DNA of 63,959 bases, the filler included, from Dimargaris cristalligena (Eukaryota): the NCBI GenBank assembly GCA_003614675.1. It is 19 parts of 19 records of this genome, joined end to end, with 100 filler letters (N's around TTAATTAATTAA, not from the genome) between each part and the next. Parts side by side here need not be neighbours in the genome. Positions count along the whole stretch, not along the records: positions 23,843 to 27,125 come from ML003990.1; positions 27,226 to 30,503 come from ML003991.1; positions 30,604 to 33,880 come from ML003992.1; positions 33,981 to 37,256 come from ML003993.1; positions 37,357 to 40,618 come from ML003994.1; 14 more parts are not named here. One strand, given 5' to 3'. The notes under the pieces were generated by a model. It worked only from the letters and a program-made list of their open reading frames with translations, did no database searches and was not told the DNA's origin. The position numbers and the translations under genes were made by a program. This document shows positions 25,162-37,400 of this stretch, piece after piece (the stretch's first letter is position 1; every line of letters starts with the position of its first letter).

Positions 25162-26988
25162 ATAAAGCTCACCATTTTGATCTTTACTCTCACTATTACT
25201 GCTTTATGATTTTCATGTATGGTGGCCAGCCCCACAGTGTATAGCTTAAATATTGGGATGCATTCTTTCACCAATCTACCCATTGAGTTGCAGTGTATTA
25301 TTACCTAAAAGCTGGATGGTTATGTAAACTGGCAATTCTCTCAGGTAAACAAGCATTATCATGAACTGGTAGAAAAATCAGCCCATTTTATTGTAAGTAT
25401 TGAGTTAATGTGACCAATGACAGGTAGAACTCTAAGGCGGATTTTATTATTGTACAAATGATTATTATGGACTGTTGGTAGAGGTTTTTGTCTCATTATA
25501 TCACCTGTCCATTTAGACCATCTTGATACTAACTAAGGCAGTTAGTGGAAAGGCAGATAAGGTGGAACCTGGGAAATATGACTGCTTCCAAGATCCCAGT
25601 GCCCAATAACTATCAGTTAATAATATTATATGCACCTTGCCTCGATCCTGCAGATCAATACACCTTGACAGTCAGATAGATTGGTGTATTTGATTCAGCA
25701 GTATATCTACTCCTACATTGGAAACTTACCTGGCAACAAGCACAATAGGGACACAACCACCAATTATGACACTGAACAGGGGGCCCAGGATATTCATTCC
25801 AACTGGATGGTTCTCTTTAAGCATGAAACCATCATAAACCTTGCTGATATCACCAATTATCATCAAGGTTACAATCCTATAATTAGGATCAGGTATGATA
25901 TATCAGATATCCCTTTAATCAAGACTGGCTCATTGAGTAGTGTACTACTGGTAGACAACCTAGATGATAAGCAACTTTACACAGAGCTTCCTATTCTTCA
26001 ACTGGCTGATAGTCAAACTATCCCCAAATTTACCAAATACTTGTCCACTCTATTTGAGAGTGATTTGGAGAAAGTGGTAGGATGGGCATTTTTGCGAACC
26101 CTAGATCACAGGTTTACCAGGGCCAATACAGATGATCTTCCCTCACACATGTCCTTAGTCAAAGAATATTTCCTTGGCACACTTACCCTGGAACCCTTGG
26201 ATTTGACTACCTATCTCAAGTATCTTGACAACCCAACCCAAGTGACCTCAACTGACCACCTCAGTTTTGAGAGGTTCATCCCATCATTAAATGACAGTTG
26301 GAATTTATTTAATGACAATGAAAAGATCAAGATATTCCACAGCCAATTCACAATGGACTCCTTGAGGTCCTCTGATGCTGAGGAACACCTTGGCAACCTC
26401 ACCCTGAAAGCCCCATTCTATAATGGCCACATTTTGGAAACTACTCTTGCTCACATTACCTGGTGTCTACTCCAGAAAGTGACTGCAGCTCTTCCCAGTC
26501 ATCCATCCCAGTCTCCTTTTAACAAGGTCAAGGAATTCTTTAAGTATTCACTTGATGAGGTCTTTAAACTGGATACAATGGATTTATACTTTGACCATGC
26601 TATTGTTGCCCTTTTCACACTTGCTCTTACCACTCAATCATTCACAATGCTAGCTCAAGGTGGGGAGGATCTGTCCACTGAAGAGCATATTAACAACATA
26701 GCTGCATTCTTTGACCAATATCTGGAATGGGATCTGGGAGTAGTATCAGTGGATGAGGCATTGGATAACATTTATGCACATGACTACTTTTCTATTCTGA
26801 AGTGGTAACCCAACTATCTCTATTGTTTGGGTGTATATGGACCCAATAAAGCCCATGATTACCTACTCAGTCATTGGCCAATGTTAGATAGCATCAGTGA
26901 GTATGCCTCAACTAATCTGAACTTAAGATGGGTAACTCCTTCCTTGGAGCAAGAGGATAAGCCTGCTCTCATGAGAAGGTGTAGGGGT
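25162..26988 (+). pseudogene. Second signal peptide + F-box-like protein, decayed
   Basis: The frame from ATA at 25162 reads (M)KLTILIFTLTITAL*FSCMVASP...FTNLPIELQCIIT*KLDGYVNWQFSQVNKHYHELV, then GTAAGT at 25393. A long exon includes ORF 25681-26808. The 3' end is cut by family D at 26989. Confidence 0.65.
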
Positions 26989-29900
26989 TGTAAAGAACTG
27001 AAATTAAATCCTTGAAAACTGAACTTTATTTGAAAAGATAGATGATAAGAAGGGAAAGGTAATGATAGAGTTGCTGTTCCAAGAGGTGGCAGCAAGGGGG
27101 AGTATTTATACTCAAAAGGGGAAGCNNNNNNNNNNNNNNNNNNNNNNNNNNNNNNNNNNNNNNNNNNNNTTAATTAATTAANNNNNNNNNNNNNNNNNNN
27201 NNNNNNNNNNNNNNNNNNNNNNNNNTTACCTCAATAAACTCTATATATGCTTACCCCCCTTGTACTAACTAGTAAGTGTGCCTGCTGCACGTCTCTGACA
27301 TTTACCTGCTTCTGTCCTTTATTGGTTAGTACTACACCCCCATCCTAATGCTAGTAGCCCAACTGGCCAAGTCTAGGCCCCACCTACCATTAGAAGCCTA
27401 TCCTCGGGACTCTTGATGGACTAATAGTGGTTAACCTGGGCAACACTCCTCTTTTGCCTATATTTTAGTGACCAGTTTATTAGTCCCCTTACATAGTGTA
27501 TCAAAATTAGTTAATAAATTGTTGTGTAGGCAATATTATGGGTATTAAAGTCCTCAGGCCTTGGAGGCACCACTATAACAGAAGGTACACAAGGTGTTAA
27601 GTGGAGTGTGGTCTGCATTAGTGTTAATTACAAGAATGGGGATTCAATTCAGAACATCCAATAATAGGGACAGTAAGTAAACATAGGGACATACCATTAT
27701 ATTTACAGCCTTACCAGTGGCGGCAGATTCATGACTATGTAGAAAGGATGGATATTTTAAGAAAGTAGGATGCAAGTCCACTCCCCTACCAATTCACTCA
27801 AAAAATCGGTAATATTATGCTGAAAGCATGCATCAAGGCATTTCATTTGGACGCAGTCTTTTAGGCCTGTAACTGCACTACATTTTAAGTCCTACTTTGC
27901 TCTTGCATTGCAATAAGTTGCTCCATAAAATAACCTGACAAGAAGTATTAGACAATCAGCCAATATCTCTCACATCCCCACCACGGTATTTCCACCACTA
28001 GTTAGCTAATTCCCATTGTATTAATATTTATACTTCACTTGGGTATTTAAAGATAGTGGTTTAATATTGCTTTACAACGTTCCAGCTTGGAAGTGCTATT
28101 CAGAAGGACTGATCTTCTCCAAGTAAAATCCACTGATTTTATTTTACGTGAATATTACAAAATTTTGGTTTAAAAATTGGTTTCCCCAGGATCCCAAAAG
28201 AATGTGAGGTATCATGTGAGCCCATTTACCAATGCCCATCTTACAGGTTTACCATGAAGAGATCCACCCTATTATTGGAGGCCCAATCAGTGGGATGGAT
28301 AATAGTGATACAAATATCAAAAGGGGAGCTTATGATGGGTGACAGTTGGAGGTACAAAATGAGAAGGGAAGCTAGTCCACCAGGAGAGAAAATAGGGCAA
28401 AATAGTAAACAGCTACAAAATGGATGACTAGTAGTATTAATAGCAAGTGTACACAAGTATGAATAACTAAAGATTGGTCATTTATTAGTGGAGTTGATAA
28501 ACAGGGCACGGGAGATATCACCAGTGATTGTATAGTAACAGGAAATCAGTACAATCATAGTCTCCTGGGGCTTCTATTGGGGTAAACTGGTAGCTCATTT
28601 TTATTCTAGAGCAATTGGTGAACCCAATAGTGCTTGGATGAATATAGGCCCGGGGTGGTAGTTAGTTGACCCATAGGACTAGTATGCCAAGAGGGGGCCA
28701 TGGTCGCAGTGCCCTCAAGGGAACAGGCAGTACATCCAGGTAATGTGGCAAATTATACTGCAATAAAGTTGCTCTTGGTCGGCACCCTTGTAGTGTCATT
28801 GGAGGGTTTAGTATCCTTGGTTGGAATGTGTATCTGTGGTGTTCTTGTTAATCCCCCGGGTTTATGGAGCATCTGGTTGGTGTTAAGCACACCTGGTAGT
28901 GCAGTATCAATGACAAAAAAACATAGGAGGTTTCCCTGGTTAACACTTGGTGATGGCATCTGGGTCTGGAAGAAGTGTGGTTGGGGACAAGCAATAATAA
29001 GTTCATTTTGTAGGGGCTTTCTAGCCCAATTGTAGCAATATGGGCCGGGTGGGAAGCTGGGGGGCCTATAATTGCTGCACTGTAAAGTTGACTATTTTCG
29101 AGGCCGTAGTGTGTTCTTAATCTGTATTTGGGGAATCCAACATTGGAAAAAATAGATATAGCAATATTAGTTGGAAACCATTATACATTTGAAAGAGACC
29201 ATGGTATTCTAACCACTAATACATAGGGAATACGTAAGTGGCAGTTGTGGCAAAGGGGACAAGGGTCAGTATAAATCCTTGGATACAAAGAGCCATTGCC
29301 CCAATTATCATTATATCCACCCTTTAACTAACAGCAATATTAACATGGAGCATTGCAGCTACCATATGCCAGTGGAATGGTTGCCAATGGAGCCGTATAT
29401 AAAGGGAGAATGGCTGCGCTAGAAATCAAATATAAACAAAAGATATATAATAAATCAGTGTAACTTACTTTTTGCAGAACCCAATGAATGGGTCTGACGA
29501 TAGGGGCCTTGGGATCGGCCGTAGGGTAATCCCTACTGGGCCGATCCTTGCCCTTAATAAAGTAGTTTGTGAAGAAAGTCATTTTGAAGATATATGTGAC
29601 TTTAACTGTAATATTGGTGCAATCCAGAAGGGAGGGACCGAGTGGTTTTTATAGGGGAGATGGGCACCAAGCTGGCTCAGGGAAATGGGTACGTTGGGAA
29701 GGGCATAAGGGATGCCATTGACCCATTGTATAATGAAGCTAAATGAAAAAATCTGACTGCGGAAAAAATAGACAGGTATTTTTAATGAAGTACCAGGGTC
29801 ATGGCACTAACCGCCGACTTGTACTAAATATAAGGTGGCTATTTTATCCTGGAATGGTAGTAATGGATCACAGTGTAGCTTCAGACATTGAATCCCCCTT

Positions 29901-30753
29901 ACTAATTAAGAGAAAACACGGGGGTGTTGGTGACTTTGACCCATTTCAAAACCTAAAACAGTGCTAGGGTTTAGCATTGTTTAGCATTGCAATTGTGTTT
30001 TCCCTTCTGATTAAGTCCTATTGAATTCACTTTACACGGTGCTATTACAGGCCCTGATAGCAAGTATACATTGTATTTATACAGTTGGTCGCTTATCCAC
30101 TGCCACTGGTATTTTCCACTCATTTTCTGAAGTATTCATATTAGTAAAAAGATGAACACCTACCCCCGTGGTAGTCAAGGACAACACAGCCATATTCCCT
30201 ATACTTCAAAATATTAAAATACATATGGCGCCGCCAATATCCTCTTTAACAATTCCTAGTTTGGTCTTTGATTCTTTATTATCCCCTCTTTCTTCCACCA
30301 TTGTTCCCTGTACTAGCAGTACCTTGCCACCTACACTACCCTTTTTTACCATTCATGTTCTCCTAATCTAATGACTAGATAAATTGACAATGGTTTTGTT
30401 CCTTTGAGACATAGTCCCACCATGGCTCATTCAGGGGAAGGTAGTATCTCCATTGCAGTTAATAATGTATCATATCAAGTGACAGTCAATCTACATCATG
30501 TATNNNNNNNNNNNNNNNNNNNNNNNNNNNNNNNNNNNNNNNNNNNNTTAATTAATTAANNNNNNNNNNNNNNNNNNNNNNNNNNNNNNNNNNNNNNNNN
30601 NNNCAGCGGTGTGACCTCATGAAGGGATTCCTTATCCTGGGCTGCTGCATTGCTTAACAGTACTAGAATAAAAGGGAATTGGGCGACTGTTGTAAAATGG
30701 AGGATTATTTAGGTTCGAATACAGTAGATGGTTCACACCAGCCTTATTCGATA

Positions 30754-32281
30754 TTAAAAACCGTGGTTAAATATGTTGGACCGTTTTTGGAATCGAATGT
30801 TTTTACTATCGATGGCCTCGGTCTGCGCCGCTATAGACCGTAAAGTCGAGAGGGATTTGGCAAGAGTGCTCAACCATACCATTTGGAGGGCTTGTTCGTG
30901 TCCGGCCAGGGCGATTGATTCGGTAGGGGAGGCTGGGGAATCACTCGAAGGTAACGAATGGCATAGGCTTTTGATACGCCATAGTAAGACGTGGTCGGGG
31001 GAGCGCTTGCCTGTGCGGGGCGAATCGGCGGGTGGTAATATATTCGGCGATAAAGAACGGAGGAAAGTGTAATGGCATCAAACCAAAAATTAGTACTCGC
31101 ATCGGTGGTGATATGTTATTTTCTAAATAACTATATAACCCCCCCCCCCGGTACTGTATGGGCGTTTCGAAAACTTACCGGCTCGAATGTCCACGAGGTA
31201 GGTTTGGATAATTGCTAAACGGGACTGTAACATTTGTACAGCACTGAGATGCGACTGGAGAAAGAGGGAAGTTGACAAGGGTTGCACCTCCCCCCCTAGG
31301 TCCCCCCCGCTGGCATCGTTAACCAACTGCTTGGTCACAATCCGCTCTTCCTCGTCCGTCACAATATTAAAGGCTGCCGGCACCCATTTGACCGCCGCTG
31401 CAACGTCCGTCGTGGCCGTGGATTCCGGGGTGGGGACTACCTCAAGCACTTGAATGGGCAGCTGTTGTTCCTGACCGGTCGCCATGGGACGGGGATCGAC
31501 TATCAGCAGATACGGGCACTCCGGGCCCTGGCTCAGTCGGGCGTGGAGACGGCGCTCGACATCGCCGGTCTGAACCCCAGTGCAGTACCAGCCGATCATC
31601 TCATATTGGGGAAACACCTCTTTCATCATACTCCCCTTTTCCGTCATGAATGCGGAGTCGAATTCCGGTTGGTTGGTGCTAGAACCCGGCAGGGTCTTCC
31701 ACTCGTAGGTACTGAAAATCTGGGTCTCGCGGTCGGAAAGAGTGCCGAGAAGGGCGCCGAATACTACTCAGTTGGATCCGAATAATGGGAATGTACAAAG
31801 TCATATGGGTTGGGGGTAGCCCCACTTTGATATAAGGCATTAGCCGATAGTGGCCAGGTTGTTTGGTCAGCGATGAGTGGTGGAGTATTAGATCGGTAGA
31901 TGTGGTTGTATTCGGTATTTGTAAAACCTACCTCGACTGTCTTTGTCACCAGACTGAACCGCGACCCGGGTATAATGATCATTGATGTTGATCAGCGCCA
32001 ATGGGTGTCTAGGGATTATAATATGCAACCAACAAAGTTGATAATAGGGTGAATAACCAGGCCGTTGGTCGTCGATATAGCAGGGGAAGTATAGGTTTTG
32101 ACTCTTGGGGCGGCTCTAAAGGGAAGCTGTAATACAGGTTGAAGTTGGTTAACGGCTCAGACGAGGGCAGTCTAGTCGAATAAGAAATTTTAACTTCGCT
32201 CAACTATACGGTCGCAAGAGGTTCGCGCACTTACATTGCCACGGCTGAGCCCGAGGCTCGTTCAGGCCCTGTGGTGGCCAT
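30754..32281 (-). CDS. CSN6: COP9 signalosome subunit 6 (MPN- domain)
   Basis: Four exons (32281-32235, 32008-about 31932, about 31763-31179, 31010-30754). Motifs IHPLALININDHYTR, VFGALLG, KEVFPQYEMIGWY, TDEEERI and AVQMLQSRL. Confidence 0.88.
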
Positions 32282-33320
32282 TAAGGTCAAAGAGGGCGGA
32301 GTTTGTTGCACGGCGAATGCGGTTGGCCAACACGGAGAGGTTCCAAGTAAAACCCCTCGAGGCAGTTGTCGGGAATGGAAAGGTTCCCAGTGGAGAAAGG
32401 AGGACACCGAAACTACGGAAGAGCGAATGCAATAGAAGGGCTGGAAGAATAACTGGGCAGTCCAGTACTATACCACTGCGTTATGAGTCCACCCTCTGGC
32501 TTCCGGCCAAGCTAAACGGTGTCATTGGGTTGTAAGGCACCATCAAGCCAATATGCCCCCATGGGAATTATCTTAGTCCAGCTCACTCACAGCCTCTATG
32601 ATGTGGTGTGGTAATATGGCCTGAATACGACTTTCCTCATCACGTGATACATTGTTCCTGCCTTTCACAAGCCCTTTATTAAGTAGTGTAGGTTAAGGCC
32701 ACTAGCCTAGTAGAATAAGGGTCAGACTGCAGGAAAATAAAGAAAACGCGTTGGCCACATATTATCTTTGCACCTCTCTCCTTCATCAGAATACACCAGG
32801 CTCATGCTCTGTTCTCTTAACTATTTCTTTGTTAGTAGCATTCGTTATTGCCTCCCGCAGGTTCGACCTTGCCACTATTGACCCCATACCTTCATAGTCC
32901 AGTTGTCCCACACAATCGAGTTTACTCGCCAACCCGTTGGAGCTAGCTGTACGGTGCCTTTCCGCGACTATTCCCCCGGCACCGTTGTTCTCGACTCGGG
33001 GGCCACCTTTCCATCCTTCTCATTACATACTTCTGAAATACAAAAGTATAGTAAGCCTCCCTCACTCTACCGACGGCCTCCTTCTCCTTTGACCCGCTTT
33101 CATATTGGCTGTGTGGACCTCTTATAGTTAGTACTGTCGCGAACCCTCTCATACCGCGCGTTACTTACTGAGTTCATATCTCTCGTCACGAGGGAGAAAA
33201 CATAAAACCAGCAACCGACAATACCTCCTCACACACATAAAAAAAACACCCATAATTACTATCCCTATTTACCGTCTGTCTAACTGGTATCCTATCTGCC
33301 TATCACTAACTAAATCCACA

Positions 33321-33880
33321 ATGTCGGACCGCCACGACCACTACTCCAGCTCTCAACGCCACCACCGCTCGCACTATACTTCCCGTGACGACCGCCGTCG
33401 TTCCCGCTCCCCGACCTCCCACCACCACCACCGCCGCTCTGATAGCCGCACCCGTAGCTCCAAGCGCTCGCGTTCGCCTAGCTCCCATCGGCAGCCCGAC
33501 CGTATATCCCGAAGCTATAAGCGTTCTCGCTCGCCGAGCCCCCACCGACGCTCCGATAGTCGTGGTCGTAACCACAACCATTCCCGTCGCCGATCCCCTA
33601 GCACTCACAATGATCGGGGAAGTCGCACGGCCGAGCGGCACAGACCATCGGCCCAACCACCATCACGCCACCCATACACTGTGAATGATACCACATCCGT
33701 AAAGTCTACGGCCAAGCCTGGCCAGGAAGTGAATGGTACAAAGGACGAACCCACCCCTTCCACCTCCGACCCCTTTAATTGGGACTTGGAGGACCAGGAG
33801 AAGCGGGAAGAAGCTCTTATTCAGGAGCGCCGTCGCCAACGCCGGGCCCTGCTCGAGCGGCATCACAATGTAACCCCCGG
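33321..33880 (+). CDS. prp4: RS-rich N-terminus of a probable Prp4 (PRPF4B) splicing kinase (3' truncated)
   Basis: RSRSPS repeats followed by EEALIQERRRQRRALLERH, as seen before the Prp4 kinase domain. The kinase domain is not in the contig. Confidence 0.6.
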
Positions 33881-34104
33881 NNNNNNNNNNNNNNNNNNNN
33901 NNNNNNNNNNNNNNNNNNNNNNNNTTAATTAATTAANNNNNNNNNNNNNNNNNNNNNNNNNNNNNNNNNNNNNNNNNNNNAGGTAAACTAAGGGGTCAGA
34001 ATAAGCTAAGGTATTAACCGGTCCCCATGGGGGGCCCGGTTATATATATGCGGGGAACTACTCCAAGGGAGGTCCCGAGGGGAAACTACATAACTAAGAT
34101 AACA

Positions 34105-34461
34105 ATGGGGATTCCGCTTGGCACCGTTGTACAGTATCTGGCCCTTGAGCTTCCCCGTTTTCAGGCGACCAGCGAGGGCATTCAGTAGGGTTGACTTGCC
34201 CGCACCCGAGCTGCCCATGATGGCGACCATTTCTCCGGGGGCGACATTGCCCGAGACGTTGTTAAGGAGCGTACACCACTCAACAACTTTGCGGAATCCC
34301 TTGGTTGCGAGGGGAACCTGGTACTCGAGGTTGTTCCACACGAGCCCACCATGACCGGTGCTTGGTTTAACGGAAGCCGGGTCTTTGTCGTCGACTGAGA
34401 CGGATTGATAATCGAGCCCGGTGGTGGAACTGGCATGGGAGAAGTGGTGACTATCGGTCAT
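34105..34461 (-). pseudogene. ABCG transporter N-terminus interrupted by an LTR
   Basis: LVWNNLEY...LLNNVSGNVAPGEMVAIMGSSGAGKSTLLNALAGR (Walker A). Homology stops at 34105, where a family C repeat begins with TGTTA. Confidence 0.85.
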
Positions 34462-37400
34462 CTTTAAGAAAATAAATCGACTCGGATCGGAGCAGTCGGA
34501 GGGTGAGGTATGGATAAAAAAGACAGATAAGAATTATAATGTGATTAAAAGCGGGCGCATGTCTGCTGAATAATTTTTGATTTGAATGGCGAACCGTGGA
34601 TGCCCCCTACTTATATAATTTCTCAAAACCTAAGGGTTTGATTATTTTTGGTGAGCACCGTTGTTGTAGAACTTCTCCTTGTGACGTTTCACGTTGTATG
34701 TCTAACATACAATCAATTATTGACGTGTCCATATGTATCTCTTCTACCATTGTTCGACAGTCTGGGTCATTAATGCCTTGCATTCTTCAGGGGTATCCCA
34801 GCTTTACTACAGTACGTCATACTTGCATCTCAGTTTCAATAACCACACAACTATTTATAATAGAACGTCCTCGGCGGACGTGAAATAAGAACGATTATCA
34901 TCATCATCCCCAAAAACTCACACCATCATATTTACAATACCTTTATTTGTTTGCTTATTTTTATCGATCCCATTTACGCGCCTCGAGTAAACTTTCGTCT
35001 TAACACCAACATTGCCACTGAACAAAGTGAGGTTTCCTCTTAACTCTTTTATTGCTACACTCTTATTAGCACCATTTTTCGACCAATACAGTGCGACAAT
35101 CCCCATTGTTTGGGAATACCACACTCAATGTAGGCCAACAGTTCATACTGTAACCTAGTGCCGAGTGGGGCAGGGTAATGTGTAAAGAAATTAGTGCTGA
35201 GAGGAGCAGGCGCGAAGGCAAAATAACTACAGGAGTATTAGTAAAATAATAGTATTTTATTTAAAGACAGAATCCTTTTCTGCTGGGCGGGTGGTTAGTT
35301 TTATTCCTCTGGGATGAGGTGTAGTTCTTGTGTTGTCGAGGGAGGGTCGTCCAATTCCATTAGGGGGGTTGGTTGGACCCCCATGTACATTGGCGGATCA
35401 TCCTCCTGAAGAAGAGCATTATGTGGTCGGCTGTCCTCCTGATTATGAGGGTTGGAGTTTCCCCTTGGTTGCAATAAAGTTAGAAAGGGATTGAAACTCG
35501 CCTTCGCAAAGCAGTATTGAAAAATGATGATTTCTTCCCCACCCACGCCACCAGTCATAAATCAATTCGCCATTGTGTGAGTAGTCTTCCAGCAGCCTTA
35601 GCTTTTTCTAGTGTTAGAGTGGGAAGCATTTCAGGAGGCAATAAACGGACATGTCATAGTGCAACTGCCCGAAGAGGCCAATTACTTTAACAAATAAGTC
35701 ACCTGACCCCGCCGACGAAAAGCACCACCCGATGGGCAATGAGCAATTACAAGCCCTACCGGCCACACTAAAAGAGCCCGGGTATTAAATAGCAGACTAT
35801 ACACATACTCCCGGGCAAATTTAAGACTAATCCAAATAAACATTTATCTTTCTAAAAAACCCCCGCTCCCACATCACGAACCCCAACTCGGAATTCATGG
35901 TAATTCCTTGCCCCGGTCGGCCCGAGCGTAACAACAGGAGAGGGTGCTGATATGTATATGGCTTTTTAGGCAGGGAGGGTACGTGGTATAAAGATGGGGC
36001 TCGGGAGAACAGGGGTACGGAGGGCGTTAGGGTTTCCTACCACCAGGGATTTTAAGAATAAGGGGATAAATGATAAGGTACTAAATGATACTTCTAAAGA
36101 CAATCTGAAGAATACTAGGGTTATAATCGGCTGCTTTATTAAGGGTTTGGTAATTCCGTCGCTATTTATAATACAGCGGGAATAGCAAGGATAACTGCTA
36201 AGATGCAATATCGGTCATAGTAGCCAGAGAGTTGACGTAGATAATGCAAGGGTGATCTGTTATCGTGTAATGAGTCATTGGAATAGCAATGCAGCGGAGA
36301 TATTATCTGGTATAAACCACGTAAAAGTGCAAGTATAAATGGGCTGATACTCGAATAGTGTATATTTGAGGTATGATATAAATGATAAAGCACCTCATGT
36401 ATAATAGCGACATTAACGTTGAGCAAAAAAGTGTAAATACGGTTCAGGTGCTAAATTAAACCAGTGTAGTTCATCCCCTAATGCAACCCTTGGAGGAGGC
36501 CAGATGATCCCAAGTTGAGACGATCCCTTTTCTCGACCAATGAGAATATACAATCAAACTCTCTCACCATAGTGGCCCCTTCAGAACAAGCTGCAAATGA
36601 TAGTCACTTCAACCAGACACTGGAAATATAAATATAAAAAGAGTAGTAATCTATGTAGTCAGCAGATCTTCATGTTTCAATAAAGTACTTATTATAAGCA
36701 AAATTTTATTCTAAAAACCCTACTTAGTATCTTTAACTATTTGTCCCCACTTGATATCCCATTACACTAATGACACTCAGCCACAGGGAATTTTTAGTCT
36801 AACCACTGTCAATGGACATTCACTAATAATATATAAACCTTATTTACACTTTTATGCCTGACATTAATGTTGCTATTATGCACAGTGTGCTTTATTATCT
36901 ATATCAAGCCCTGTATCAGACTATCTAATCCTCCTTAATCCTAGAACCTTAGTGTTTATCCATATTAGGCCTTATAGCTGTGGTAAACTTAACATATTTT
37001 TACCTACTTTTATTTTTTATCTGTTTTTTACACATATTGGAAGTACACCCCTGACAAGTGAATGCACCCCTGCCCCTGACCAGACTGTACCCCTACATTC
37101 ACACGGCCCTTGGCCTGACTGCACCCCTATTTAAAGTACAGTTAAAAATAGCTTTCTCCCTTTCTTTTTATCCCTTCTATTATTTCACATTGAATTTATT
37201 GGTTACCCAAGTATTACCTATCCTTTGTGATGACTAATATTATTATCTGGGAACTCNNNNNNNNNNNNNNNNNNNNNNNNNNNNNNNNNNNNNNNNNNNN
37301 TTAATTAATTAANNNNNNNNNNNNNNNNNNNNNNNNNNNNNNNNNNNNNNNNNNNNCTGAAGATACTGATGATATAGTGGCAGTTAGGCCTGGTGCGGGA

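Noticed and set aside
28241-30371. Short ORFs in contig 9
   Set aside because: No recognisable motifs. Possibly a decayed gene, but no call can be supported.
32840-32880. tRNA B-box-like GGTTCGACC
   Set aside because: No A box or cloverleaf; more likely a CAG splice acceptor context or chance.
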